Shown: positions 48,266-57,842, counted from the stretch's first letter. The stretch: DNA of 64,000 nt from Patescibacteria group bacterium (GCA_016860985.1 BOKM01000001.1:92185-156184), one strand, 5' to 3'. Notes: generated by a model from the letters alone, not told the origin. Numbers and translations: made by a program.

Positions 48266-48902
48266 CTTTATCTGCGATTATAACGAGGCGTTCATCGCTC
48301 GTCCACAGTGGATGGCACGTCACTAAGGTCAATTGCGAATTAAGTGTCTGTTGTAATACATACGAATCACTCACATTCACTATCTGTTTCGTACGAACTC
48401 GATAGTGAATCGTACCTTCTTCGGTTTGGATGGTAATTTCATCTCCTTCTTTCACCCAATCCAGATGATAAAATGTGTCCTTATGAGGTGGTAACTTCAA
48501 AAAACGGTGCCCAATAACTACCACATTTCCGTTAGGAGCGAATGGAGATGCAGAAGGATAATGCCAAAAGCCACGATTCAAAGTGTCTTCGTCCTTTCCT
48601 TCCAGAATTCGACCTTCGATGCCAATTCTCGGTATTTTTAATACTGCTTGCACTTCCGATAAAGACGGGTATTGTAATGACGTTTCTAATTCTTCAGGGA
48701 TAAACTCGATTTCTCCACCAGTGCTACGAAATACTTCTACCTGCGTATTTGCCGTACTCAGTCCAGATTCAACTGCAAGTTGATTGCCAATAATTACAAT
48801 ATCCGTTTGAAATAAAAAAACGATCAAACCAAGAAGCAGTACAAGCGTCGCTGCAATAAATCTTTTTTTCAGTTTTTGTAACTCTCCGTCAGTTCTTGTC
48901 AT
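48243..48902 (-). CDS. Sortase (class A/E-like transpeptidase)
   Basis: An N-terminal TM is present. The catalytic His lies in VVVIGHRF. The active-site Cys motif TLVTCHP is present, as is a downstream Arg. Confidence 0.8.
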   Translation of the reverse strand: MTRTDGELQKLKKRFIAATLVLLLGLIVFLFQTDIVIIGNQLAVESGLSTANTQVEVFRSTGGEIEFIPEELETSLQYPSLSEVQAVLKIPRIGIEGRILEGKDEDTLNRGFWHYPSASPFAPNGNVVVIGHRFLKLPPHKDTFYHLDWVKEGDEITIQTEEGTIHYRVRTKQIVNVSDSYVLQQTLNSQLTLVTCHPLWTSDERLVIIADKVVEQYEE

Positions 48903-49876
48903 GTGTCCTTTTTTATTATACTATCAACCATATAGTAAGTTTTTACAAACAAATTCTTATGGCACCAGAACAGGCACCTCAAAAAGCAAACTCACAGAGC
49001 AACGAACCTGTCATCCCACCAACTCCGCAGCCTGTTTACTCAACGACACAAGCACCAAAGAAAGATACTGCGCTCGCTGGAATCCTCTTTTTAGTTTCAG
49101 TGCTTCTGTTGTGTGGACTTATTGTAACGTTTATCTACAAAACAGCAAAGACATACAAGCTTGCCACACCGATTCTTGCCTCGCTTCCTGCAACTAACAA
49201 AACCGGAGCACTATTACTTGAAGGCTCCGCGCCAAAGAACTCAACCGTTGAACTCTCCACGCTTTCACAAAGTTATACAGTTAAAGCTGGAAAAGACGGA
49301 TCTTTTAGCCTACCTATTACGGTTGAGAACGATGGAAAGGTTAGTATCTCGGCAGTCGCACGAAAGAAAATACTGTTTCTCACTTTTACGAGCGAGAGAA
49401 GCTCAGAAGTGTCAACAATCGTTGACAGAGTTGCGCCAACACTTAAGATTGTTTCTCTACCAAAAACGGTGACGACCTCTACGTTTAATCTAAAAGGCAC
49501 GAGCTCCGAAGAAGCAACTGTTATCATTAAGCTCAATAATCAAGAAGTAAAAATCGCAGCAAAACCAAACGAGCAATTCTCGCAAAAGCTAACGTTTAAA
49601 CCTGGAAAAAATGAAATTGCAATAAAAGCCATCGATATTGCGAATAACGAGTCTGCAGAAGCGACAGTAAGCACAACGTACGCCACAGGGAGCGTCTATA
49701 TTCCTGGTGGTAAAAACACTGGCAATCTTCCTGATTCATCAGGTGAATTACAAATGGCGCTTTCCTCAGTTTTCGGTCGTTGGATCGCATTTGCCGCAGT
49801 CGTAATTGGCGGATTGGGATTTATTGCATCACAAGGCGTTGTCACGATTATAAAACTCATTAGAAAAGAAGTCTGA
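48896..49876 (+). CDS. Surface protein with Ig-like repeats and a C-terminal sortase-type sorting signal (LPDSSG + TM + KLIRKEV); the probable start is at MAPEQ, about nt 48959
   Basis: It has an N-terminal signal/TM. The C-terminus reads NLPDSSGELQ, then a 24-residue hydrophobic stretch, then a basic tail. The gene is divergent from the sortase gene. Confidence 0.5.
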   Translation: MSCVLFYYTINHIVSFYKQILMAPEQAPQKANSQSNEPVIPPTPQPVYSTTQAPKKDTALAGILFLVSVLLLCGLIVTFIYKTAKTYKLATPILASLPATNKTGALLLEGSAPKNSTVELSTLSQSYTVKAGKDGSFSLPITVENDGKVSISAVARKKILFLTFTSERSSEVSTIVDRVAPTLKIVSLPKTVTTSTFNLKGTSSEEATVIIKLNNQEVKIAAKPNEQFSQKLTFKPGKNEIAIKAIDIANNESAEATVSTTYATGSVYIPGGKNTGNLPDSSGELQMALSSVFGRWIAFAAVVIGGLGFIASQGVVTIIKLIRKEV

Positions 49877-49916
49877 CCGTACCTGTTTTTGGTAGAAAAT
49901 GCTATGATGAAGCAGT

Positions 49917-50543
49917 ATGTCACTGCTGACCAGAACGCACAAAATTATTCTTTGGCTCATTATACTGATTTCGGTACTTTCGCTCGGAATACTTCTCTAC
50001 CTTGATTATCGTAAAGGTGAAGTACTCTCAGTTACAGATTCAAAAACGGTTACCGTGACCGGTGATATCCCGCATATTATTGCTATTCAGATAAAGCCTG
50101 AAAGCCGAATACCACCTGCCGGCAACGATGAACTACCTCTTGAAATTGAAATTCGCCCGCCAGGATCACTTATTCCTGTCACAGCAATATCAGCAACTGC
50201 TACTTCTACTGGCGATGCCTCACTAGGGACCATCTCATCAGTATTGCTTCCACCTGGAACTTACGACATCGCAGTAAAAGGACTCTCCCACCTCAGAAAG
50301 GTTTTTCCAAACCAAAACTTTGACGGTCCTGTTGTTAGAACATATACACTCACTCTTCCTCAACTGCCAGCTGGAGATGCAAACCCCACAGCAGATAATT
50401 ATGTGAATTCGCTCGATATTTCATATCTTACGTTAAAGCTCTATGGAAATGACCTCCGTGCTGATTTGACTCATGATGGAACTGTAAATTCGCTCGACTA
50501 CGCTGCGTTGCTACGTAACCTGTCAACTTCCGGGGATAACTAA
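49917..50543 (+). CDS. Membrane-anchored protein with a C-terminal dockerin-like tandem repeat
   Basis: The two repeats are DANPTADNYVNSLDISYLTLKLYG and DLTHDGTVNSLDYAALLRNL. They match the dockerin Ca-binding loop-helix repeats (D-x-N/D-x-DG-x-VNSLD...LL). Confidence 0.55.
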   Translation: MSLLTRTHKIILWLIILISVLSLGILLYLDYRKGEVLSVTDSKTVTVTGDIPHIIAIQIKPESRIPPAGNDELPLEIEIRPPGSLIPVTAISATATSTGDASLGTISSVLLPPGTYDIAVKGLSHLRKVFPNQNFDGPVVRTYTLTLPQLPAGDANPTADNYVNSLDISYLTLKLYGNDLRADLTHDGTVNSLDYAALLRNLSTSGDN

Positions 50544-52171
50544 TGAATAGAAAACTATTTTTTTTAATAGCTTTTGTAGCCTTCTTTTTCGTTCCAGAAA
50601 AAGTTTTTGCAGCTAGCGCTGAGTTTTCAATTTCTCCTGCCAGCGCAACACTCATTCGAGGCTGCACTCAACAAGCCAGAGTAATGATTCAAGTAGATGC
50701 TGCCACCACTAATGCTGCCGATATCATCATAAATTACGACACGAGTAAGATAGAGATTATCGACGCGATGCCGTCAATTCCTGGAATACAAATTTTGTCT
50801 GGTGACGCGTTTGAGAGCTATGCTGGAAATATCGTAAACACAAGTACAGGAGAAATTAAACTCGTTGGATACTCTTCGAGTGGGACCACCACAGGTTCCG
50901 CGACTTTCGCGACCATACTTTTTAAATCACTTCCACTAGCGACAAATGGAGGGTTCACATTTCTGTTTACTGGAGCAAACCCCTATAACTCACTTGATTC
51001 GAATATTGCAGATGCAACTACTTCCTTTGATTTACTCTCAGGTGTGTCTAATTCGAATTACAGCTTTGTAAATGGCAGTTGTGCTTCTGATACCACGGCA
51101 CCGACGATTACATATGTTTCCCCGAAGCCATTAACGAATAATATTCTTCCTAACGCACCTTTAGTGATTAAACTTGAAGATGCAGGGTCCGGTATTCTGC
51201 TACCGACTCTTAAAATCGTTGTAAATGGAATTTTATACACTTCTACAAGTCCTGAAGTATCGATCTCAGGTACACCTAACTCGTCTACTGTTACCTTACT
51301 ACCTGCAACGCCATTTCCTACTAATGCGGTGAGTGTAGTTACCGTTATGGTACAAGATGCTGCAGGAAATCAAAAGACACTCAGTACAAGTTACAACAGT
51401 GCATATACATGCCCAAGCACGATAATCACTAATAACAACTGCCCTCCTACAACTACTCCATCAACCGATAAAGAAGGAACAAGTCCTAAAATTACTGTAC
51501 AAGCAGATACATTGATAAATTTAAAGAATCCTTGGAAAATTAAGATTGTATTAGAAGATTCCGACGGAATTTCCTTGGACTCATTCTCAGTAACCCATGG
51601 ACTAAACATCTATTCATTTGCCGGTACACCAAACCAATTGACACAAACCGGCACAAAGACTAACTACAATGTGTTTCTCACTCTTAATCCAGAAGATATT
51701 ATTGTTACTGCAGACGGGAGTATTGTTCTTGTAATTAGGGTTACAGACTTAAAAGGTAACTCACGCATAGAAACAGTGACAATCCGTACTAACCTGCCAC
51801 AAAGTGTAAAGCCAATTGCAACAACTGTAGCTGTTAAAAATGATTTGCTCTCTGAGATTTATACATACGCAATAACACCCGCAATTATTGGTTTCTTTGT
51901 TGGATACCTTATCTTACTTACCATGCAACCTGTTATTGCACACGTTCAGACACCAACCGGAAAACCAGTAAGGTTTGCACGAGGGTATTATGTATTTAAA
52001 AATGGAAAATCTCAGAAACTTTTTGGATCGTACAATGGAACAATACATGGAAGAATTCCAAGAGAAACGGTCATGCTCATTATCCAAAAATATGGATACA
52101 AACCGCAAAGCTTACCTATTTCACCGTCAATAAAACACAATCCACCCAAAATCAGCTTGTCTGAGATTTAG
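50543..52171 (+). CDS. Secreted, C-terminally membrane-anchored protein with an N-terminal cohesin-like domain and Ig-like domains
   Basis: A signal peptide is present. The block ...ARVMIQVDAATTNAADIIINYDTSKIEIID...GEIKLVGYS...ATFATILFK resembles the cohesin beta-sandwich. Its start overlaps the stop of the dockerin gene (TAATG). Confidence 0.45.
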   Translation: MNRKLFFLIAFVAFFFVPEKVFAASAEFSISPASATLIRGCTQQARVMIQVDAATTNAADIIINYDTSKIEIIDAMPSIPGIQILSGDAFESYAGNIVNTSTGEIKLVGYSSSGTTTGSATFATILFKSLPLATNGGFTFLFTGANPYNSLDSNIADATTSFDLLSGVSNSNYSFVNGSCASDTTAPTITYVSPKPLTNNILPNAPLVIKLEDAGSGILLPTLKIVVNGILYTSTSPEVSISGTPNSSTVTLLPATPFPTNAVSVVTVMVQDAAGNQKTLSTSYNSAYTCPSTIITNNNCPPTTTPSTDKEGTSPKITVQADTLINLKNPWKIKIVLEDSDGISLDSFSVTHGLNIYSFAGTPNQLTQTGTKTNYNVFLTLNPEDIIVTADGSIVLVIRVTDLKGNSRIETVTIRTNLPQSVKPIATTVAVKNDLLSEIYTYAITPAIIGFFVGYLILLTMQPVIAHVQTPTGKPVRFARGYYVFKNGKSQKLFGSYNGTIHGRIPRETVMLIIQKYGYKPQSLPISPSIKHNPPKISLSEI

Positions 52172-53229
52172 ATTGATAACGGAAACGGTATTCCAAACAG
52201 CACCGCAATACCACTCAGGATATTAAGAAGAGCAAAGAGCAGAATCAAGAATCCAGAGGTATAACCAAATAACCCTTTGCCAAAGCGGGCAACATTGTTT
52301 GCGGCACCAAGCGTTATTAGTAAGAGTACTGGCAAAGTGCCAAGTGCAAAGGCACCCATTACCAACGCTCCCTGTGTAAATGAGGCAGTAGAAACAGCAT
52401 AAAGCTGCATAGACTGTGTAAATGCGCACGGAAGAAAGAACGTAGTAACACCAACAATAACTGCCTGTGTTGTGCCCGCTTTATCGTCAAATACGCCAAA
52501 CAATTTTGAGAGTGACTTTGGTAGCACAAGTTTTGGAAGTCGAATACCGACCAAATCAGCAGCAATTGGAATCATGACGACTGCTATTACGACTTTTAAG
52601 ATTGCGCTCCCAACCGCATTAATATGAATAATACGTCCGAGTAAGCCAATAATACCACCCAGTATAACGAACCCTACAATACGAGCAAGGTGAAAAGACC
52701 ATATCGCAGTTGACTTCTGTTCAGCAGCAAACTTTGAAGATAGAGTTAGCGCAACTCCACCAACAACGGCCATACAGGTAGACAACGACGCAATAATTCC
52801 GAGTAAAAATATTGCTGGAAGCGTAATACTTTCTGGGTTAAAAAATGTTGCGATTTGTAAATTTTGCAACAAAAGAAAGATACTCATAAGGGAAGTAGCA
52901 AGCAAAAAGGATAGCGCAACTGTTTTTTTTGAGCGTTGCGTTGTCGCACTTACATTCACAATCCTATACCCGTGCTTCTCTATTTGGTCTGATATTTTTC
53001 TTTCTAGCTCTGTTTGGTTAATATCCATTCCAAGAGTTATCTCAACTTTTTGTTTTTTTGAATCGGCTGAAACCTTAACCACTCCCTGCTGTTTCCGAAT
53101 CGTTTCTTCCATAAATAACTCGCAGGAATCGCAATGCATTCCGTCAATTGTCAATTCACATTTTTTGAGAGTATTCATACTACTGGAACCGAAGAGTAAA
53201 GTTATACATTCCCATAGAACATCCTGCAA
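52168..53229 (-). CDS. HMA (heavy-metal-associated) domain fused to a polytopic permease (DsbD/CcdA- or TauE-like); the probable start is MNTLKK, about nt 53178
   Basis: The N-terminal HMA domain has the CxxC motif in TIDGMHCDSCEL. It is followed by about 7 TM helices. Confidence 0.5.
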   Translation of the reverse strand: MQDVLWECITLLFGSSSMNTLKKCELTIDGMHCDSCELFMEETIRKQQGVVKVSADSKKQKVEITLGMDINQTELERKISDQIEKHGYRIVNVSATTQRSKKTVALSFLLATSLMSIFLLLQNLQIATFFNPESITLPAIFLLGIIASLSTCMAVVGGVALTLSSKFAAEQKSTAIWSFHLARIVGFVILGGIIGLLGRIIHINAVGSAILKVVIAVVMIPIAADLVGIRLPKLVLPKSLSKLFGVFDDKAGTTQAVIVGVTTFFLPCAFTQSMQLYAVSTASFTQGALVMGAFALGTLPVLLLITLGAANNVARFGKGLFGYTSGFLILLFALLNILSGIAVLFGIPFPLSI

Positions 53230-53569
53230 TTATCGTTTTTCCCTGTTTTTGCGGAGGAATGCGAAGGTCAGTACTTCCAGTTGGTGGAAGAAATTTTTCG
53301 ATTTGAAGTTCTGAAATAAGAAGTGAGGCGCTACAATCATATGTGTTATTTGTAACAAATCGCAAGGTGACCTCTTTGTTTGCCGGCAAGACTAATTCCT
53401 TAGGGAAATAACCACCTTTAACGGTAACAACTCCATCAGCCTGGGATTCAGTTGGCAGGATTGTTTGTTGAGGTTGCGGCGGCTTGCCAAAAAATAAAAT
53501 TGCAAGAAAAATTACCAAAAAGGATACTCCGAGCACAATCCATTTTTTGGGAATCACGACACTACTCAT
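53180..53569 (-). CDS. Membrane-anchored cupredoxin-like domain protein
   Basis: An N-terminal TM is present. Candidate metal ligands are ...CSASLL...GCSMGMY. This protein type is commonly paired with metal transporters. Confidence 0.4.
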   Translation of the reverse strand: MSSVVIPKKWIVLGVSFLVIFLAILFFGKPPQPQQTILPTESQADGVVTVKGGYFPKELVLPANKEVTLRFVTNNTYDCSASLLISELQIEKFLPPTGSTDLRIPPQKQGKTIIAGCSMGMYNFTLRFQ

Positions 53570-54114
53570 TCCTGCCTTCCTTCTACCGCAGCAAGTAATA
53601 CCGCACAGGCGAATGCAACTCGCTTATCGATCAATGCTTCATTAACCTCAATATCCATCACATACCTAAAAGGATTGAACTGTTGCTGAAAACCACCTGC
53701 ATCTTGGGTTCCCACTCTCATATCAAACCGTTGAGGTACTAAGTTAGTAAGCAATCTACGTACCAAAGCCAAGGCACCTGATTCTTCTTGAACTATCGCA
53801 AGCTCGTTATCGCCTGGTGAATAAATATGCCATTCGTCACGGAGCATCGAGCGAAATCCCATTCTACGTATAGCGCCTAAATTCTGACCGCTTTCTGCAT
53901 CGACAACATCGTATATTGCATTGAAGTCAATGATATTCCTTGCTTTGATAGAAACAAGGGGCTTTGTCATTGCCTGGTCAACAAAAATCGTTAATTCTTC
54001 TCGTAACTTAAATGCTTTTTGCTTAGCATATCCAACCAAAGATCCGTCTTCACTAGTAATCGAGAACTCTTTACCTAAAAGCACAAAGAACTTTCTTCGT
54101 AATGTGTATTTCAT
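53566..54114 (-). CDS. LURP-one-related (DUF567, tubby-like fold) protein
   Basis: The N-terminus reads MKYTLRRKFFVLLGKEFSITSEDGS, which is the typical LOR-family start. Confidence 0.5.
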   Translation of the reverse strand: MKYTLRRKFFVLLGKEFSITSEDGSLVGYAKQKAFKLREELTIFVDQAMTKPLVSIKARNIIDFNAIYDVVDAESGQNLGAIRRMGFRSMLRDEWHIYSPGDNELAIVQEESGALALVRRLLTNLVPQRFDMRVGTQDAGGFQQQFNPFRYVMDIEVNEALIDKRVAFACAVLLAAVEGRQE

Positions 54115-54120
54115 GAGTCA

Positions 54121-54753
54121 TTATACCCCATACTGCTCACAGATTGGGAGAACTTCTAGTAAATTTGAAATAGTTGGGACGGTGCTGAGTGTGTCTGAAG
54201 TTTTGCGGTTACACCAAATAGGCCTAAATCGTGGCATATGTCGAGCCAATTTTTCGATAACATTTCTATCATCATCAACAATTATGACATCATCTGGTAA
54301 TTTTTCTAACGCGTCTATGCCAGTTTTTTTAGGGTCTATTATCACTAATTCTTTTTCAACATATTCAAGAATTCCTGTCGCTTCTATCCGTAGTCTTTGA
54401 TATCCTGGTACTGCTGCAGAAAAAATACCGATTTTCCACCCTCGTTTTACGAATTCTGTAAGTGTTTGTTTTACTTCAGGAAACACAAACTGAGCGATAT
54501 AACTCGGGGTTGTGAGATAGATTTTGATGATATCACTTGGCACAACCGAAAATAGTTCTGCCATAAACTGAGCATAGCCTTCTGGTGTGAATTCAAGATG
54601 GTCAACGCTACTGACATAGGCGCGCATTCCTTCCTCGACTTGGGCAGCTGTCAATTGAGTAATAGTTGCAACGCGATTTGCTTGCTCAAGCTTAAGCGAA
54701 TCGGTATCAAGTAGCGTTCTATCGAAATCAAAATATATAACGCTACTCTTCAT
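54121..54753 (-). CDS. HAD-superfamily hydrolase
   Basis: Motif I is FDFDRTLLDT (DxDxT). The C-terminal motif IIVDD is present. Confidence 0.6.
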   Translation of the reverse strand: MKSSVIYFDFDRTLLDTDSLKLEQANRVATITQLTAAQVEEGMRAYVSSVDHLEFTPEGYAQFMAELFSVVPSDIIKIYLTTPSYIAQFVFPEVKQTLTEFVKRGWKIGIFSAAVPGYQRLRIEATGILEYVEKELVIIDPKKTGIDALEKLPDDVIIVDDDRNVIEKLARHMPRFRPIWCNRKTSDTLSTVPTISNLLEVLPICEQYGV

Positions 54754-54806
54754 GCCGCATTTTACCCTAGTATTATTAACTTGTCAGCCATAAGGTACAA
54801 TACTTT

Positions 54807-55496
54807 ATGATTCCAATTGGTGATAGCCATAAAACAGGTAAGTTGCCCGTAGTCACAATACTCATACTGTTCATCAATATCGCAGTGTTTTTTGTAGAAC
54901 TAACTGCGCCAGATATTGAGGCTTTCTTTTTGCAGTATGCATTTATTCCGGCAAATTTTATTCCGACACAACTCTCGACCTGGGCACCGATTATCTCTGC
55001 TGCTTTTTTACACGGTGGGATTTCTCATATTCTCTTTAACATGCTGTTTCTTTGGGTATTTGGTGACAATGTAGAAGAGTCGTTAGGGACTATTCGTTTC
55101 ATTTTGTTTTATCTTGGGGCAAGCATTGCAGCTGCGCTCTTGCAATATATTATTGAGCCGAGTTCTGCAATACCCATGATTGGAGCCAGTGGTGCAATTG
55201 CAGGAATACTCGGATACTATCTCGTTGTATTTCCAAGACATACAATACAAACACTACTTTTTTTTGCGGGAGGAATATTTGTGAGAGATCTACCTGCGCA
55301 AATATTTTTGGCATATTGGGCGATTACACAGTTTTTTAGTGGATTTGGTTCATTGGTTACTGCACAAGATGGTGGAACCGCTTGGTTTGCGCATATCGGT
55401 GGGCTACTGTTTGGCGTTATTATCGGCTTACTGATGAAACAGTGGCAAACTTCTAGAAATTACTCGTACGTTTCGCCTCCGTTGTCTTATCAGTAA
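54807..55496 (+). CDS. Rhomboid-family intramembrane serine protease
   Basis: The catalytic Ser lies in GASGAIAG and the catalytic His in AHIGG. The motif HGGISHILFNMLFLWVFG is present. Confidence 0.85.
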   Translation: MIPIGDSHKTGKLPVVTILILFINIAVFFVELTAPDIEAFFLQYAFIPANFIPTQLSTWAPIISAAFLHGGISHILFNMLFLWVFGDNVEESLGTIRFILFYLGASIAAALLQYIIEPSSAIPMIGASGAIAGILGYYLVVFPRHTIQTLLFFAGGIFVRDLPAQIFLAYWAITQFFSGFGSLVTAQDGGTAWFAHIGGLLFGVIIGLLMKQWQTSRNYSYVSPPLSYQ

Positions 55497-55962
55497 ATAA
55501 TATCCCATTAAGATGATCATTTTCGTGTTGAATAACACGAGCGACAAAACCATCACATTTTACCGTTCTCACATTACCGTTTTCATCAGTGTACGTTAGT
55601 CGAATTCGTTTATGACGCGAGACCTTTCCCGTTACATGAGGAATGCTTAGACAACTCTCGTCTCTCATGTCTGTTGCCTCTCCCAAAAATTCTAGTTGAG
55701 GATTGATAAAAATTTGAAAGGAATTTTGCTGTGACACTCGTACTACAAAGAGGCGAAGAGGCGCACCAATTTGTATTGCAGCAAGCCCTGCACTTCGCCA
55801 ACCCTCTGTCGTGACAGTTGATTCAGCAATCTCAACCAAACGACTACAAAGCAGCTTTATTTCTTGGGATTTTATTCTGTCTTTCTCGATTGGGTCAGAT
55901 TCTTGCCGTAAAAAACTTTCGTGTGTCGCAGTTGTGAGAAGCGCAAACTCCATTATTTGCAT
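55453..55962 (-). CDS. def: Peptide deformylase
   Basis: The motifs GLAAIQIG, ESCLS and HENDHLNG are present. Confidence 0.85.
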   Translation of the reverse strand: MQIMEFALLTTATHESFLRQESDPIEKDRIKSQEIKLLCSRLVEIAESTVTTEGWRSAGLAAIQIGAPLRLFVVRVSQQNSFQIFINPQLEFLGEATDMRDESCLSIPHVTGKVSRHKRIRLTYTDENGNVRTVKCDGFVARVIQHENDHLNGILFTDKTTEAKRTSNF

Positions 55963-56333
55963 TCGCCTCTAAAAAATGACCATTCTTCACAAACCTTTCC
56001 ACTTTTAAGCGTACACAATCCAACTTGTCCGAGTTCTTGGTCAACAATCTCCAGTGTGCCACCGTTCTCTTTACAAAAAACAGAGGCTGGATTTGCCATT
56101 CCAACCGTGTTTGTTGGTATAGGTGTAGCAGTATCGATGAATACTCTTCCATCAGGAGTGGTACAACGTGCTGGGTACTGAAGTGTTATGGCAGGATACA
56201 AAGCTATACAATGTTCGAACGTTTGAATTTCGGAAGATTTTTGTGCTGGAATACCAATCCACACGTACCACATCGCGATAAACGCGAGAGCAGTTGCAAG
56301 CCCTATTGCCCAATAAATGTTATTGTTTTTCAT
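55953..56333 (-). CDS. Membrane-anchored DUF333-domain protein
   Basis: An N-terminal TM is present. The Cys-rich block MANPASVFCKENGG...CEEWSFFRGEC matches DUF333. Confidence 0.5.
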   Translation of the reverse strand: MKNNNIYWAIGLATALAFIAMWYVWIGIPAQKSSEIQTFEHCIALYPAITLQYPARCTTPDGRVFIDTATPIPTNTVGMANPASVFCKENGGTLEIVDQELGQVGLCTLKSGKVCEEWSFFRGECK

Positions 56334-56368
56334 TAATTGAAGAGCAAATTAAGTAACCCATTATGGCA

Positions 56369-56653
56369 CTAAGCACGTGAGGCTTCAATATGGGCTGCAA
56401 TAAATTGAAGTTTTTCTTCTCGCGTCATTTGCTTAATTTCATACTCTCGTTTTGCTGCGCTTTTTCTATTGGGAAAGCGTTCACTAATTAGTAAGCTCAC
56501 CGGTCTACGCGCTGCAGTGTATTTCGCTCCACTATCAAGATTATTGTGCTCATATATTCTCCGCGCGACATCTGTGGTTATACCGGTATAGAGCGTTTTA
56601 TCTGCACACTTAACGATATACACAAAATATTCCATGCTACATTTTTTGAACAA
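56369..56653 (-). CDS. GIY-YIG nuclease-domain protein (UPF0213/YhbQ-like); the probable start is the internal MEYFVYIV
   Basis: The GIY-YIG core is present: FVYIVKC...LYTGIT...R...EH, with a conserved Arg and Glu. Confidence 0.7.
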   Translation of the reverse strand: MFKKCSMEYFVYIVKCADKTLYTGITTDVARRIYEHNNLDSGAKYTAARRPVSLLISERFPNRKSAAKREYEIKQMTREEKLQFIAAHIEASRA

Positions 56654-57038
56654 ATTGCTTCATTGGCTCAACTATTTCTGAAATTTCAGTGTATTCTATA
56701 AATAGGTCAGCAACTCCTCGTATTGTGTCTCGTACTGTTGTCCCCTTTTTGGTCGCGATGATTATTTTCTTTTTTAGTGCGTAGGCCATTCCAAGCTCAA
56801 CAATTCTCCCCGTTCCTGGACCATCAAAATCAATAAAGAGTGCGTCACACTGCTCGAGTTCTTCTAATGCACTTTTCATAAGTAAACGAGAATCGAAAAA
56901 CATTTTTTCGTAGTGTTCAACATCCCGTATAAAGCAGAAGTCTTGATAACCTGCTTCTTTAATTAAGGAGCATAGCTTTTCGATTTCTGCTTTGTTATCT
57001 GCTCCAGCGAAATGGGCGGTGATGTAGATTTTATTCAT
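56637..57038 (-). CDS. Nucleoside 2-deoxyribosyltransferase-like protein
   Basis: The Rossmann-like pattern KIYITAHFAG...ELGMAYALKKKII resembles the NDT catalytic-Glu region. Confidence 0.45.
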   Translation of the reverse strand: MNKIYITAHFAGADNKAEIEKLCSLIKEAGYQDFCFIRDVEHYEKMFFDSRLLMKSALEELEQCDALFIDFDGPGTGRIVELGMAYALKKKIIIATKKGTTVRDTIRGVADLFIEYTEISEIVEPMKQFVQKM

Positions 57039-57684
57039 TAATTTTTATCAATAATTTTATGCGATTAATCTCTTGTGTAAGTTTTTCTACATAACCCAAT
57101 TCGACATATTTCTGCGCGAGAGGCATAAAGACATCAATCGTTTCCCTGACATACCGCTTATATTTAGGTAAATTGTTGCCAACGGTTGTCGGAACTATAC
57201 ACGAGAGATTTGAAAGCCGATCTTCGATTTTTATGATTGAAGCGAGTCTATTTTCACTAAGGCGAATAACATAATTTTTATTTATTTCATATTTTTCGAT
57301 TTCCGTCAGTGATTCACTATTTTCTCTATCATCCTTTGTCAAAAAACGTATTGCAGCAGCAATCTCTTCGCCAAATTGTGCTTTAACTTGCTCAATTGAC
57401 ACATCTTTTGAATCTTCTACTGAATCATGCAGTAAACCACAGATGAGTAGCTCCTTGAAATGAGAATTCCCTAGGTATTTTTCAATGATTTTCACTCCCA
57501 TACTCCAGATGTGCTCTTCAAGATATGGTGTACCGCTATCTCTTTTCTGATCTTGATGTGCAAGGATTGCAAATTCGATTGCTTTTTCAATCTGATGGTA
57601 ATCCGCAGGCCGAAAACTGGCTTTTTTGAGCCGATTAAGAAAAGTACTTTTTGTGGTAAATGGTAGTGAATCCGAATTCATCAT
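57031..57684 (-). CDS. Stand-alone RelA/SpoT-type HD-domain protein (small alarmone hydrolase, (p)ppGpp pyrophosphohydrolase-like)
   Basis: The motifs AIEFAILAHQDQKRDSGTPYLEH, CGLLHDSVEDS (the HD-ED motif) and FGEEIAAAIRFLTK are present. Confidence 0.65.
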   Translation of the reverse strand: MMNSDSLPFTTKSTFLNRLKKASFRPADYHQIEKAIEFAILAHQDQKRDSGTPYLEEHIWSMGVKIIEKYLGNSHFKELLICGLLHDSVEDSKDVSIEQVKAQFGEEIAAAIRFLTKDDRENSESLTEIEKYEINKNYVIRLSENRLASIIKIEDRLSNLSCIVPTTVGNNLPKYKRYVRETIDVFMPLAQKYVELGYVEKLTQEINRIKLLIKINE

Positions 57685-57728
57685 GTCAGATTATAGCGGA
57701 TAACAGTGTTTTGAAAGAGATACACAAA

Positions 57729-57842
57729 GGGATTCGGTCACCACGCGGAAGTTTTGTTCTCTTTGCTCCAAAACATCACGCTCCCTGGTTCTTTTGACAA
57801 CAAATTGTTGTTGACTCACTCCCGTTTCGAATCCCTCTGTTG
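57729..57842. repeat. Copy A of a ~115-bp tRNA-trailer-associated element; inverted relative to copy B
   Basis: The reverse complement aligns to 59529-59647. The 5' 55 nt are about 93% identical and the overall identity is about 80%. It contains an internal hairpin (caacaa...ttgttg). Confidence 0.6.
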
